From Paraphysomonas bandaiensis (taxonomy: Eukaryota; Protista; Chrysophyceae), in contig CBFFRP010000136.1 of NCBI GenBank assembly GCA_965644295.1, forward strand, positions 1-64,000: a DNA stretch of 64,000 nt, read 5' to 3'. The notes beneath the pieces were generated by a model. That model was not told the DNA's origin and ran no database searches. It saw nothing but the letters and a program-made list of their open reading frames with translations. Positions 1 to 11,289 of this stretch are shown here, piece after piece; the first letter of the stretch is position 1; each line of letters starts with the position of its first letter. A program made the position numbers and the translations under genes.

Positions 1-272
1 AAGTTTGGTAAAGTCAATCGCTAGTAGTTATCCTGTATTCTATGTAGCAATGAAATACAGAATATACATGACTACAGTATAGGAGTAGCTATTACAAGTA
101 TACAAAGAAACTGAAAATATAGTAGCTGTTAAAGATATGATTTGTAGAACAGAATGTTGATGTTGGTGAATGACGTGGTTCCTAACTCACAGGGCTACAA
201 CATCATAAACTTACTATATCTCCTATAATATCAATCAGTCAATATTGCACTAACTAAAAGCGTAAATTAATA
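1..272 (+). repeat. 5' LTR (partial)
   Basis: Matches 4873-5144 with no difference seen by eye. Ends ...AATTAATA immediately before the TGG of the PBS. Confidence 0.95.
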
Positions 273-3200
273 TGGTAGCGGATGGTAGTTTCACGAATGT
301 CGCCTCAGGCTCAAAGGTACCTCCCTTCGAGGAACTGAACTTCAAGAAATTCAAGAAGTTCTTCACCTCATTCCTCATGAGACACAATCGAGCTCATCTT
401 GTCCTCTCAAAGGATAAACCAAGGCACATTCATGATCTAGACTCTACAGTCCCAGCGGGAGCTCATATGACTGATGCACAGAAGAAGCGACTACGCAAAG
501 CGAAGAAACTCTGGAACACCCGGAACGAGACCGCGTACTCCTTCCTGATGGAAGTGTGCAATGCTCACCCAAAAGCAGGCACAACAGCGGCTCTCTACGA
601 AGGAAGTACAGCAAAAGGGTTACTACAGGCACTGGAAGAGAGATTTCTCAATGTTGAAAAGAATACAGTACAGGCAGAGGTCACAAAGTTCAATTCAATG
701 AAGATTACCTCAAGTCAGTCAGGAGCAGAGTTCGTCGACAGCGTTGAAGCCCAGGCCAAGATTCTCGAGAATCTAGGTCGTGAAGTCACGGAAGACGACA
801 AGCTCACTCGACTAAAGGAAGGTCTCACAGACAAGAGATATTCCCAACTAGCACACAGCCTGTATACAGCAAACGATGTGACATACGCAAGAGCAAGCAG
901 CCTAATCAAAGGGTATGAAAACACATCATTCGGCAAGCATGCGTTGCAAAATTCAGGGGAAGACAGTGTCAATCAAGCAGTGGATGACAGTAAATGGAAA
1001 GAGCACAAGAGAAAGGGCAGATGCAATAAGTGCAAGAAACTTGGCCACTTTGCTAGGGAGTGCAAGACTCCAGAGCATGTCATAAAGAGGATGAAGGGGA
1101 CAAGATCACAGAGAAAAGATAGAGATCACAGAAACAGGGGTGATAACAAAACAAAGCTACCTGTGTGTGAGATATGTGACATCCCAGGCCATCAGACTAA
1201 AGACTGCTTCCACTTGAAGACTGCTAAAGCTGCAGTGGTCAGTTCTAAACGGGGGCGAGACTCTAGAAGGGAAACGGCACCCTACAAGAACAAGAAGAAA
1301 CCGCGAGTGTCTGTACATGATTCAGAAGATGAAGCGGGATACGAATCGATGATATGTGTGGAAGAAGAGGTGAATCTAGCACAGAGCATGTCAGATGTTA
1401 TTTATTTAGACAGCGGGTGCAACAAGATGATCCTTACCTCCAAAAACCACATGACCAACCTTCAGCGCGCTGATAGGCAGATGTCCACAGCGAACAAAGG
1501 TAAACTGTCAATACACAGTGTTGGCGATGTAGGAAGCTTTAAAAAGGTGTACTACGCACCTGAAGCAAGTAAGAACCTCGTAGATATGAAGAGCATCACA
1601 GATAGGGGTTGTGTTGTGACGTTCGATAATGATGAAGTCGTCATTCGAAATAAGACTACGAACAAGACACTCATTAGACAGAGAAGTGTTAATGGATTAT
1701 ATCCAGTTCGACTCGAAGACTTACTTCAGCTTGGAGAAGAATCCTCAGCAGCACTTGAGGAGCAGGGGTTTGATGACCAGCGAATTCTATGGCACAAAAG
1801 ACTTGGCCATGTCAACTATGATAAACTGACTGAGTCCGACCGCCGAGGCCTAGTTGATGGAATAAATCTGGACAAGAAATATTTCAGAAAAAAACACAAA
1901 AAAACGATATGCAAATGTAATACCTGCATGCGATCGAAACTCACGAGAAAGAACTTCAGGACTCCACGCCAGTTGATGAACTTAGACAACAACCCAAAGG
2001 AGAGAGGGGTGCTCAGTGCAGATACGATGGAAGTCCTAAACACGCCATCGATGGAAGGCTACAAACATGTGTTACTATTCAAGCACAGTGATGCAAAACA
2101 TGTATGGGCTTATGGGTTGAAAAACAAGACTGGGAGTGAAGTGTTAAAGTGTATGAAGGACATGGTAGAGACCCAACTTGTCAAAGAAGGATTGCAACTA
2201 CGACGATATCATGCAGATGGCGCAGGAGAACTAGTAGGGCAACATGTCAGGCAGTACTTACGTGAAACCACCAGCACAAGGACTGTACAGGTTACTTGGA
2301 CTCCACGTGACACACCCGAAATGAATTCGCTATCGGAACGCACTAATCGTACAGTGAAGGAGATGGCCCTTGCTATATTGCTCGATAGTGGCATGCCATC
2401 AGTATTTTGGTTCAAAGCAGTCTTGCATGCTGTATATCTGATCAACAGGTTACCTACGAAGACAACGAAAGGATACATCTCACCTTTTGAGTATATTACT
2501 GGAACCGCACCAGATGTGAGTGACTTGAAGATCTGGGGCTGCAAGGCATGGGCTATTGTGCCGAAGGAGCAGCGCCGCAAAGAGTGGAAAGAAAAGGGAA
2601 AACCTGGATACTATATGGGACAATGTCAACAACCTGTTGGACACCAAATATATATTCCAGACCTGAATGCTATTATTGTTGCAGTCAATGCACAGTTTGA
2701 TGAGTCAATTCCAGAGCGTTCACAGGAGTATTTCGACGAAATAGATAATCTACAAATCGACACCTCAGAAACAGCAGAGAGTGTAAATGACTATCAGTAC
2801 CTGGTGGGCCTCAGACATCTTGATGGACACCTGTGTTATGTTACCACCAGAGTGATAGAGAGAAGAGGAGTCATTGTTGCATATAGGAGATTAGATATGA
2901 AAGGAAATACTACCGAGGAGCAAACTCCAATTCATATCAAAGATGTAGTAAAGATGACTCACTCTACAAAGTGTCAGACCGACAAGTTTAATAGTTTGCG
3001 AAATGAGTTGGATCAGACTTGTAATGACAGTGACAATGAACAGAGGACTCCTGACCGCTCAAATCGGGGCGCATCTTCAACAGGTGGGGCAGATCGAAAT
3101 CCCAGAACTGAAAAACGACCTCGAAAAAAACGGCACATTGTTAACGTTGGTGTCCTCGGCGATGTCTCATTGTTTCTTGATTCCTCCAACAGCACAATTA

Positions 3201-4789
3201 AAGAGCCACAGACGCTGGCAGAAGCAAAGAAGACTCCACAGAGAACATACTGGATTGAAGCTACCAGGAAGGAGGTGCACAAGCTTGAACGAAGGACATG
3301 CTGGAAGATTGTCCGAAGGCCGAAACACCGAAAAATCATAAAATCTAAATTGGTCTTTAAAGTAAAGCGCGACCATCTTGGAAAAATTAAGAAGTTCAAA
3401 GTTCGACTTGTGGCGAAAGGGTTTACTCAAGAACAAGGAGTCGACTATAATGAGACATTCTCCCCAGTAGCTAAAGGTGTATCATTTAGGCTAGCACTGG
3501 CACTGGCTCTGCGATACAATCTGCAACTCCGTCAACTCGATGTAGAAACGGCATTTCCGTATGCAGATCTGGACGAAGACGTGTTTATGTCTCCACCTGC
3601 AGGAATAGATATTCCACAAGGCTGTTGTTTGAAGATTCTGAAGAGTTTGTATGGCCTAAAACAAGCGCCTCGAAATTGGCATTCAATGCTGAAGGACAGT
3701 ATAAAGGCGATGGGGTATAAACAATGTGTTCTTGACCCATGTTTATTTGTACTCAAGGGTACTGATGATAACCTACATATGATACTTGTGTATGTAGATG
3801 ATATCATTGTGCTCAGCTCTGACAGCCGTCATATTGAAGAAGTCATCAGCGCCTTTAAGACTCAATATGCCATGCAAGATATGGGGGACCTTAAGCATTA
3901 TTTAGGTCTTACCATTGAGCGTCATAATGGCCAGATTAAGTTACATCAGTCTGCATATGCTAAAGATGTTGTGGCCAGATTCAATCACTTGTTGTCAGAA
4001 AAGAAGAGACGGTGCAAGGCAACCACACCTCTACCACCTGGCCTAAAGTTGTCCAAGGATGCAAAAGAGGAAGAAACTCGAAAACAGAGAGAATACGTTG
4101 ATGCATTTCCCTATCAATCTGTTATTGGTGCCTTAATGTATTTGGCAGTGCATACTAGACCAGACATGGCATATACAGTAAATCTTCTCTCCCGGTTCAC
4201 CACAAGACCCACGTACGCTGCATGTCAAGCTGCTCTGCATACTTTATTGTATTTAGAAAATACAGTTGATCAAGGTATCATATTTCCTAATTTCACAGAT
4301 GAAGACCCTCTATGTGTGTACTCTGATGCAGATTGGGCCGGAGATCTGGATACATGCAGATCCACTACAGGGTATATCGTATATCTGTGGGGTGCTCCAA
4401 TTGCATGGCAGTCCAGACTGCAGCCAACAGTGGCTACGTCGACTATGGAAGCTGAATATATGGCTGCATATGCTGCAATTCAGGAGATTGTATGGATACG
4501 AGGGGTGATGACAGAGCTCGGAATTCGTGGATTTGAGCTCAGTAAGAATGCGTCTCCAACAATCTTGAATATGGACAGCAAGAGTGCGATTGATCTAGCT
4601 CAGAACCCGGTAAATCATAAACGTTCCAAGCATATTCGGATCAAGTATCATTGGATTCGAGAGCAAGTGGGAGGCTGTATCGTCAGGCTGAATCATGTGC
4701 CAACGGCAGAGATGACAGCAGACGTGATGACTAAAGCCTTGTCCGAGAAGCTGCACTATCAGCATGTGCACACTATGGTATCGCACTAA
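272..4789 (+). CDS. Copia Gag-Pol polyprotein (1505 aa)
   Basis: Two CCHC knuckles (CNKCKKLGHFAREC, CEICDIPGHQTKDC); protease YLDSG; HHCC (WHKRLGH...CNTC); integrase D-D-E (SADT / HADGAGE / SERTNR); RT YGLKQAPRNW and YVDD; RNase H YSDADWAG, EAEY, ADVMTK. Confidence 0.97.
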   Translation: MVADGSFTNVASGSKVPPFEELNFKKFKKFFTSFLMRHNRAHLVLSKDKPRHIHDLDSTVPAGAHMTDAQKKRLRKAKKLWNTRNETAYSFLMEVCNAHPKAGTTAALYEGSTAKGLLQALEERFLNVEKNTVQAEVTKFNSMKITSSQSGAEFVDSVEAQAKILENLGREVTEDDKLTRLKEGLTDKRYSQLAHSLYTANDVTYARASSLIKGYENTSFGKHALQNSGEDSVNQAVDDSKWKEHKRKGRCNKCKKLGHFARECKTPEHVIKRMKGTRSQRKDRDHRNRGDNKTKLPVCEICDIPGHQTKDCFHLKTAKAAVVSSKRGRDSRRETAPYKNKKKPRVSVHDSEDEAGYESMICVEEEVNLAQSMSDVIYLDSGCNKMILTSKNHMTNLQRADRQMSTANKGKLSIHSVGDVGSFKKVYYAPEASKNLVDMKSITDRGCVVTFDNDEVVIRNKTTNKTLIRQRSVNGLYPVRLEDLLQLGEESSAALEEQGFDDQRILWHKRLGHVNYDKLTESDRRGLVDGINLDKKYFRKKHKKTICKCNTCMRSKLTRKNFRTPRQLMNLDNNPKERGVLSADTMEVLNTPSMEGYKHVLLFKHSDAKHVWAYGLKNKTGSEVLKCMKDMVETQLVKEGLQLRRYHADGAGELVGQHVRQYLRETTSTRTVQVTWTPRDTPEMNSLSERTNRTVKEMALAILLDSGMPSVFWFKAVLHAVYLINRLPTKTTKGYISPFEYITGTAPDVSDLKIWGCKAWAIVPKEQRRKEWKEKGKPGYYMGQCQQPVGHQIYIPDLNAIIVAVNAQFDESIPERSQEYFDEIDNLQIDTSETAESVNDYQYLVGLRHLDGHLCYVTTRVIERRGVIVAYRRLDMKGNTTEEQTPIHIKDVVKMTHSTKCQTDKFNSLRNELDQTCNDSDNEQRTPDRSNRGASSTGGADRNPRTEKRPRKKRHIVNVGVLGDVSLFLDSSNSTIKEPQTLAEAKKTPQRTYWIEATRKEVHKLERRTCWKIVRRPKHRKIIKSKLVFKVKRDHLGKIKKFKVRLVAKGFTQEQGVDYNETFSPVAKGVSFRLALALALRYNLQLRQLDVETAFPYADLDEDVFMSPPAGIDIPQGCCLKILKSLYGLKQAPRNWHSMLKDSIKAMGYKQCVLDPCLFVLKGTDDNLHMILVYVDDIIVLSSDSRHIEEVISAFKTQYAMQDMGDLKHYLGLTIERHNGQIKLHQSAYAKDVVARFNHLLSEKKRRCKATTPLPPGLKLSKDAKEEETRKQREYVDAFPYQSVIGALMYLAVHTRPDMAYTVNLLSRFTTRPTYAACQAALHTLLYLENTVDQGIIFPNFTDEDPLCVYSDADWAGDLDTCRSTTGYIVYLWGAPIAWQSRLQPTVATSTMEAEYMAAYAAIQEIVWIRGVMTELGIRGFELSKNASPTILNMDSKSAIDLAQNPVNHKRSKHIRIKYHWIREQVGGCIVRLNHVPTAEMTADVMTKALSEKLHYQHVHTMVSH
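273..292 (+). promoter_or_regulatory. Primer-binding site, initiator tRNA-Met-like
   Basis: TGGTAGCGGATGGTAGTTTC. It starts with TGG (complement of CCA) and has the spacing of the known eukaryotic iMet PBS TGGTAGCAGAGGATGGTTTC. Confidence 0.75.
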
Positions 4790-4828
4790 GTAGACTTGCT
4801 CATCACAGTATATTCTGATATGTTCATT

Positions 4829-4837
4829 GAGTGGGAG
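4829..4837 (+). promoter_or_regulatory. Polypurine tract
   Basis: GAGTGGGAG directly before the 3' LTR start TATTG. Confidence 0.75.
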
Positions 4838-5144
4838 TATTGAACTACAACCAACTCCTACGTGCGTACTTGAAGTTTGGTAAAGTCAATCGCTAGTAGT
4901 TATCCTGTATTCTATGTAGCAATGAAATACAGAATATACATGACTACAGTATAGGAGTAGCTATTACAAGTATACAAAGAAACTGAAAATATAGTAGCTG
5001 TTAAAGATATGATTTGTAGAACAGAATGTTGATGTTGGTGAATGACGTGGTTCCTAACTCACAGGGCTACAACATCATAAACTTACTATATCTCCTATAA
5101 TATCAATCAGTCAATATTGCACTAACTAAAAGCGTAAATTAATA
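4838..5144 (+). repeat. 3' LTR (307 bp, TATT...AATA termini)
   Basis: Starts after the PPT and ends where identity with 1-272 stops. Has a 4-bp terminal inverted repeat. Confidence 0.9.
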
Positions 5145-5312
5145 GATTTATTTGGTCAGGAAAATTACGACAAGTTTCACCCCAAAGAGAAAGCCTCTAA
5201 GAAATACATAAGCAGTATATATGACGCAATGAGTGCACGAAGGGACAGTGATGGTAACATTATCCCTAGGACAAAGAAAAGAAAAGTTCAGTCTGATGTT
5301 AGTAATCTGTAA
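5145..5312 (+). pseudogene. C-terminal end of an ORF interrupted by the Copia insertion
   Basis: 55 open codons start at the first base after the LTR (DLFGQENYDKFHPKEKASKKYISSIYDAMSARRDSDGNIIPRTKKRKVQSDVSNL*) in AT-rich DNA. Contains NLS-like KKRK. Confidence 0.55.
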
Positions 5313-6635
5313 AATGCCTATATGTATTCATTTATAACCACTCCATCAACTTTTATACTGTACTCTTATAATTAATGACTTATTAATACTTGGAACACAT
5401 CGTACCATTATTAACAGAGCATACAACAGCATAAACAACCACCACAGCGTTCAACATGTTATCATATACAGCTATTCTTTCGTACAGCTTAGCATTATAC
5501 AATATTATATTACACACCGTTCAGGTATCATGGTACACAACATGGTACATCTTCACAACTTCACTGCAAGAAGGAACTGGGACAGCCGGGTGCTTGTGCC
5601 GCTTAGACATCCCTCTTGCACCGGTAAGTATAAACATCACGGCATCTACAACAACATAATAAACCATCACACAATTCAGCATCTCATATCAAGTACAATA
5701 AAATCATATATCATCATACAACACAGTGCATCCATCATACTTTATGACATCCAGTCCATATCATGATATGCAGCCTTCTATTCCTTCACCTGCACCACTG
5801 GTCATCTGTTTATATCTCTGACATTAAATAAGATGAAAGGGAGCATGCAATTACCTGGCATTCAAGCATTCATTCATGTGTGCTTTACTGCATAGTGTTG
5901 TCCGTCATAAGTATCGCTCCAGTGTATGACATTCCTGCTTTAGGTATTGAGCCTATCATATAAAAATCAAAACAAGCAATTGGATGAATCCAGACAAAGT
6001 GAGGCCCAACAGTGATACATAATAATAATAGTAATCCACCACATCGTGCAGCACCTCGTATATCAACAGTGCAAATCATTATTATATACAATCATGTCGT
6101 ATAAATCATGCATACATCATCCCACAACATCATACAGCACCATACTGTACACCACCACATCCATATCATATCACTTCATACCATAATATAGTGCCCTTTA
6201 CCGTTACTCCATATACAGCCTTATATATAGTGAACCTCGTCCACTAACTGCATATCTCACAGATCATGAAATAAGATGATAGGAAGATGTTATCACCTGG
6301 AATTCAAGCACTCATTAATGTTTAACTGCTGCATATGGCTGTCTCCTCATATTAGTATACATGCATATACTCTATGCATGTTATGATCACTCCATGGGCG
6401 CACCTATACAGTATACGAATATACACTTTCAGTAGTCCAAATAACGTACGTACATACGTACGTAGATCGAATTCTAAATTTATGTATAGAAATTCACGTA
6501 CGATTTCTGGATATGTTCTGCATTTGAAGAAAGATACCCTCAAATGTTCTTTTCTGTGATTGTTATATTCACATGTCAGTGATTTCATAATAACGCCTCA
6601 CAAGATATAAGATATCTAGATATCAATGTAAGCAA

Positions 6636-7407
6636 ATGGAACTCGAGATCAAAGATTTCACTATTTATCAAGATGGAAAACGTGTGACAGTAGGCGATAA
6701 CAAATATGTTTTCTACAAAGACATGGGAGGGAAGAAATCATATGTCAAGTTCAACGTTATACTCAAGCACAGGGAGGGTAATCAGATCCATATTCGTGAA
6801 AATGAGCCAGCGGTAAACATAATACATCATCACAGTGTGCGCCCATTACCTGAATATATTATAGGTTACAGTTCACGTCTGCTGTAAGGAAGAACGTGAA
6901 ACTAACTCCAAAATAATTCATCTTGAAATATCCGATTCCAAACAATTCATTGATGACAGGGGTGTCGCGTATTTTAAGATAAGATTCGAAGGTGTCTCCA
7001 AGGGTTATCCAAGAAATGCATTTACATTAGGAGCTTACTGTCCTGACCATCCTGATATCTGGTGTGCAAAGACGAAGAAGATTGAAGTTCGCTCAAAGAT
7101 TCCCAAAAAGAGAGATACTACTCTCTCAGATATACTTGAGCCATCTCATCCCACTGACTCCTCAGCAAAGAGGCCAAAGTATAAACAAGACATAGGTCCA
7201 GACTTTTGGATTCAGGAGCGGTCTAAAATTGCCAGACGTATGCAAGTTCGGTTGGATCAGTTAAAGTGGCAACATTCAAAAGTGCAAACCAAAAACGGAC
7301 CTATGAGGCGCACCGATGTTCCAGAAAACAGCAAGATTTACGGTGATGAGATTATCCGCTATTTCGTCAAACTTAAAGAGTATACATCTAAACTTCAATC
7401 CCCTTAA
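6636..7407 (+). CDS. Two-exon gene, 239 aa, putative Ig-fold DNA-binding protein
   Basis: Exon 6636-6812, 52-bp GT-AG intron 6813-6864, exon 6865-7407 in frame. Motifs FYKDMGG, GVAYFKIRFEGVSK, IEVRSK, FW...LDQLKW recall an uncharacterised stramenopile family (from memory). Confidence 0.7.
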
Positions 7408-7479
7408 TATCATATTGTGAACAAAGAAGCACTTGACACTTTGGACATCTGTACTATACTACCTACTGGCTTACATATT

Positions 7480-8730
7480 ATATTAATTTGTAATATTTTG
7501 TGTACTCTGTACTCACACTGTTTATATCGCTGTCTGATGATGTTGAGGTTTTAGAAGTTCTACACATTGAAATTCTATGCTGTTTTTCATATAAAGGGGG
7601 CATTCTGTGTTGCAGTAATAAAATATAATTATATCTAGTTACATTTCTCTTTATTCGATGGTGATATATAGTACGACATAGCATTTACTATTGTTGATCG
7701 AGTGTAAAATGACTAGCGCGACTTTCATGTGAAGAACATTTACACATTTACTGTACTTCGACTACCTTGGTATGATACTTTCAACCGTAGCAAAATATCC
7801 TTGTCATGTCGTAGCTTTAGAGAAGTAAAAAAAGTAATACTAGCTAATTTAGTTGTACCCTAATGTTTGTGCTTATTTGAATGAGCATTTGTGTGGCTTT
7901 GATTCTAAAGAATCAGCAACCAAGAATTTGCAAATACTTTTGTCTACCAATTGATAATTTTCTAATTTCAAAACCTTAATATATCAAGTTCATTCATTGG
8001 TGCCACGGATGACTTCTAAGAAGTTCTCCGAGTAAATAATAGCTGTGTGTAAATATACAGTGCAACATGTCACCATACAGCAGATATCTGAAACTCTCTT
8101 TCCTTCTATCAAGAAAGGTTAATATCGACAAAAATAACAGACCCAGTATCGATAATAGAAACAATAATACCATTTCTAATATATAATTTGTTGCTTAGTA
8201 CAAGTATCTGAATCCAAAAGTTTCCCATCAGATTTCCAATATGGCCGATGAACTGATACCGGGGTTTAACTCACTTTTCTGTAGCAAATGCCCTCTCCGA
8301 CAGACCACTGTCCAGATAAACAAAAGAGATTATCGCCAATGTGAGAACTCTCTCGTTATTATGTTATGTTTTAAATACATACGACTGCTTGTATTGCCCT
8401 TCGGCTACTCTTTTACCATATTCTGTTAACTTCTTGGACTATCACACTTAGTCTGTGGTATTTGGACTTGTGTGACACATTGTGCTCTCCAGTGACTTCT
8501 TGTACACAAGATTTCTCTTCCAGAAGATCTCAGGAACATAGCATCGATTCTATCCTATTAAGGTAGCTATGTTTGCAGCTGTTTGTATATACTCCTGTAT
8601 CGTCAATGAGGTATGGTAATATCTTTACAGTGTCTTCAAGTTCTTTTATGCGCATTGATTGCCTAAAGTGCTCTCTCAACAAGATTAACATTTCATCATC
8701 CTGTTGTTTCTGTTCCATGTTAAACGACAA
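7480..8730 (-). pseudogene. Decayed coding sequence of unknown family
   Basis: Stop-interrupted coding-like frames on - (MEQKQQDDEMLILLREHFRQSMRIKELE...). Synonymous-biased differences from the inverted copy indicate former coding constraint. Confidence 0.45.
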
Positions 8731-8853
8731 TATAACAATAAATTAATGACTGAATAAATGAACAGAAACAACAGGATGATGAAATGTTAATTTTATTGCG
8801 AGAGCACTTCAGGCAGTCAATGCGCATAAAAGAACTGGAAGAAACTGTAAAGA
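8622..8853. repeat. Imperfect inverted repeat (~95-bp arms, ~45-bp spacer)
   Basis: 8622-8715 is the reverse complement of 8760-8853 with 7 mismatches. An extra 25-bp copy follows at 8852-8876. Confidence 0.9.
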
Positions 8854-9301
8854 GAGCACTTTAGGCAATCAATGCGGGTAAGGGAACTATGTCATACAGC
8901 TATTCTGTGTAGTTAAGAGCTGACAACGCATTCCAATCATGTAATAACAAGGATTTCCACATAATTAATCTGTCATAGTAAGTTTTCCAGCCTTAGGCCA
9001 CTAATTATAGTGGAGACAAAAGACAAAACGACAAAAGACATTTTTTTTCATCAGAATTGTTTTTGTCGGGTGCAAACGAAGCCGTAATTATAGTGCACAC
9101 AGAAAGACAAAAGACAAAACAGTGTTTTTGTGTTTAAATTCAAATTTCTTTTCATTCTCTGTTCGCTTGATCTCACTGAATATATTGCGAAGCAAAGCAT
9201 TAAGCATTGACAGTGACTGTGTAAAGTTGATAGCATGATATTTCGCGTGTGTGCATTGTCCCGGAAGTTGTCTGTGCAGGACATCCTTGATCAAACAGCT
9301 C

Positions 9302-9553
9302 ATGAAGCAATCTCCAGCGTCCAGTTAGGATCGTATCTTTGCAAGAAGAAATGTCTACGAACGGATTGGCTACGATAACACACCATGGGGACTCCTGCTG
9401 AGGAATACAAGGATAAGAGATCCCACAACTTGTGAAGGTATGACTTTTGGTATTGTATTATATACCATGTCACACTGCATCAGGCAAGCAATTCAGAACG
9501 CGTTTTCGAATTACGTATCAAATGTTTCAAGCACGATGCTTTTTATTGCCTTG
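9302..9553 (+). pseudogene. Truncated PIF/Harbinger transposase N-terminus (left arm)
   Basis: With intron 9438-9483 removed it reads ...YDNTPWGLLLRNTRIRDPTTCEGKQFRTRFRITYQMFQ, resembling the FRxRFR N-terminal motif of Harbinger transposases. In-frame stop at 9326; no DDE core seen. Confidence 0.7.
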
Positions 9554-11289
9554 ATTAGCATCATCATCACATTTATATAAACACGCTCAATCTCTGCGAG
9601 TGCACCTGATTTGAATGATAGTAAGATGAGGCGCACAATCCTGATACGCACGACGTAGTGACGGACACCTTGAAAGAGCTGGGTTGAAAGAGCTGGGTGT
9701 TACTGCCCTTAACTTCCTATATAGCATCAGATATGGCACTTAAACTCTCCTGCAATATTCTTGAACTTGTTTCGAAGTCCAGGTTATGAAGATAGATCGC
9801 ATGCACTGACATCATTATTATCTTCCACATCAGACGAAAGATGGATGATGACTTGAAGTGTTTGATGAACTCCTTTTGATAGTTGACTCATCATTGTGGT
9901 TTCTCTATAATTGTGTAATATAACGATATCTATACATATGACTGCCAATATCATAATTGATAACTAAGATAGAAGTGAGTTTATGTTAACAGTTAACCCA
10001 ATATTGAAGTTGAATGTGTATATTTAGTTTATTACAATATGTTGCCAATATGTTATATGTACAACACACACTACATTTCAGTTGTTTGTGTAGTTAGATC
10101 CCATTCAATATATCTGTGATTACATGCAAGATTAAATGCATCTTACAATTAGATCATGTGATAATTATTAGTCAATGTAATAAACAAAGTTGTGAATTTA
10201 AAACTGACACTGGCAAACGTCATTATAACTAACGTGTATAATATAGTAACAACATATGTATATAACAAATAGAACTTGCATGGATAATAGAAAATCAATC
10301 GGACCAAGATAATTACCATTGGTTGGCGTTGCTGTTAGTGTCATTGTTTCGAGAGTTGTGCCAGCTCTCTTCTTATCCTTTCAGCTTCTTTACGATTCCA
10401 GGAGAGCTCCACCGTCTTGACGAGCAACTCTCTCATCTGCACGCCTGGCGGTATTGTTTCGTCCTGCATCAACAAATATTACTATTGAATAACATTATAA
10501 GATATATATACCTTATTCAAAAGGATAACAAAATCTGGAGTGAACTCATTAATGACTGATTTCCTTCTTTATTTCCAGTGTTGTTTATTTCTTCCAAATA
10601 GTTTCAGAGTTGATTCCAAAGAGTCCTTTGGATGTATGTATGTATGTATGTAAGTTTAAATCAACACACACTCTTCACCTTCCACAATCTGATAATAGTT
10701 ATGGTTCCTGCCGGAATATACTCGGTCAGGGATACGGTTTCACTGATGTAGATGTCAGTGCTTTCATTGTTGTCAGGAGTGCGGCGTGTCGTAAGAAGTT
10801 TCACAGACATATTTCTCCAAGCTCTGTTATCGTCGTGGTCTTGACACCATGGGTCTCCATGCCTGCCAAAGCAATGGCAAGCTTCTGCCAATGCTTGAGA
10901 CTATAAATCATTGCGCCTGGTGCTGTTCATCAGTGTGTATGACTATTAATGAAGCTCCATTGTGTAAAAATGTCTTCCACTCTCGATTTCTGTCCTTGAA
11001 GACAAAAAGACATAAATTTGCTCATATTTATGTCTTTCTGTCGTCGGAAAAATGTCTTCTGTCTTTGAAAAGCTGTAGTTATAGGAGGACAAAAGACAGA
11101 AATCCGTCGAAAGACAAAATGTCTTTCTGTCTTCGGCCGACAGAAAGACATAAATATGAGCAAATTTATGTCTTTTTGTCTTCAAGGACAGAAATCGAGA
11201 GTGGAAGACATTTTTACACAATGGAGCTTCATTAATAGTTATACACACTGATGAACAGCACCAGGCGCAATGATTTATAGTCTCAAGCA

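Larger units (their letters stand above)
1..5144 (+). mobile_element. Ty1/Copia LTR retrotransposon, apparently intact (5' LTR cut by window start)
   Basis: Direct repeat 1-272 = 4873-5144, with PBS at 273 and PPT at 4829-4837. One gag-pol ORF in PR-IN-RT-RH order, which is diagnostic of Copia. Confidence 0.97.
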
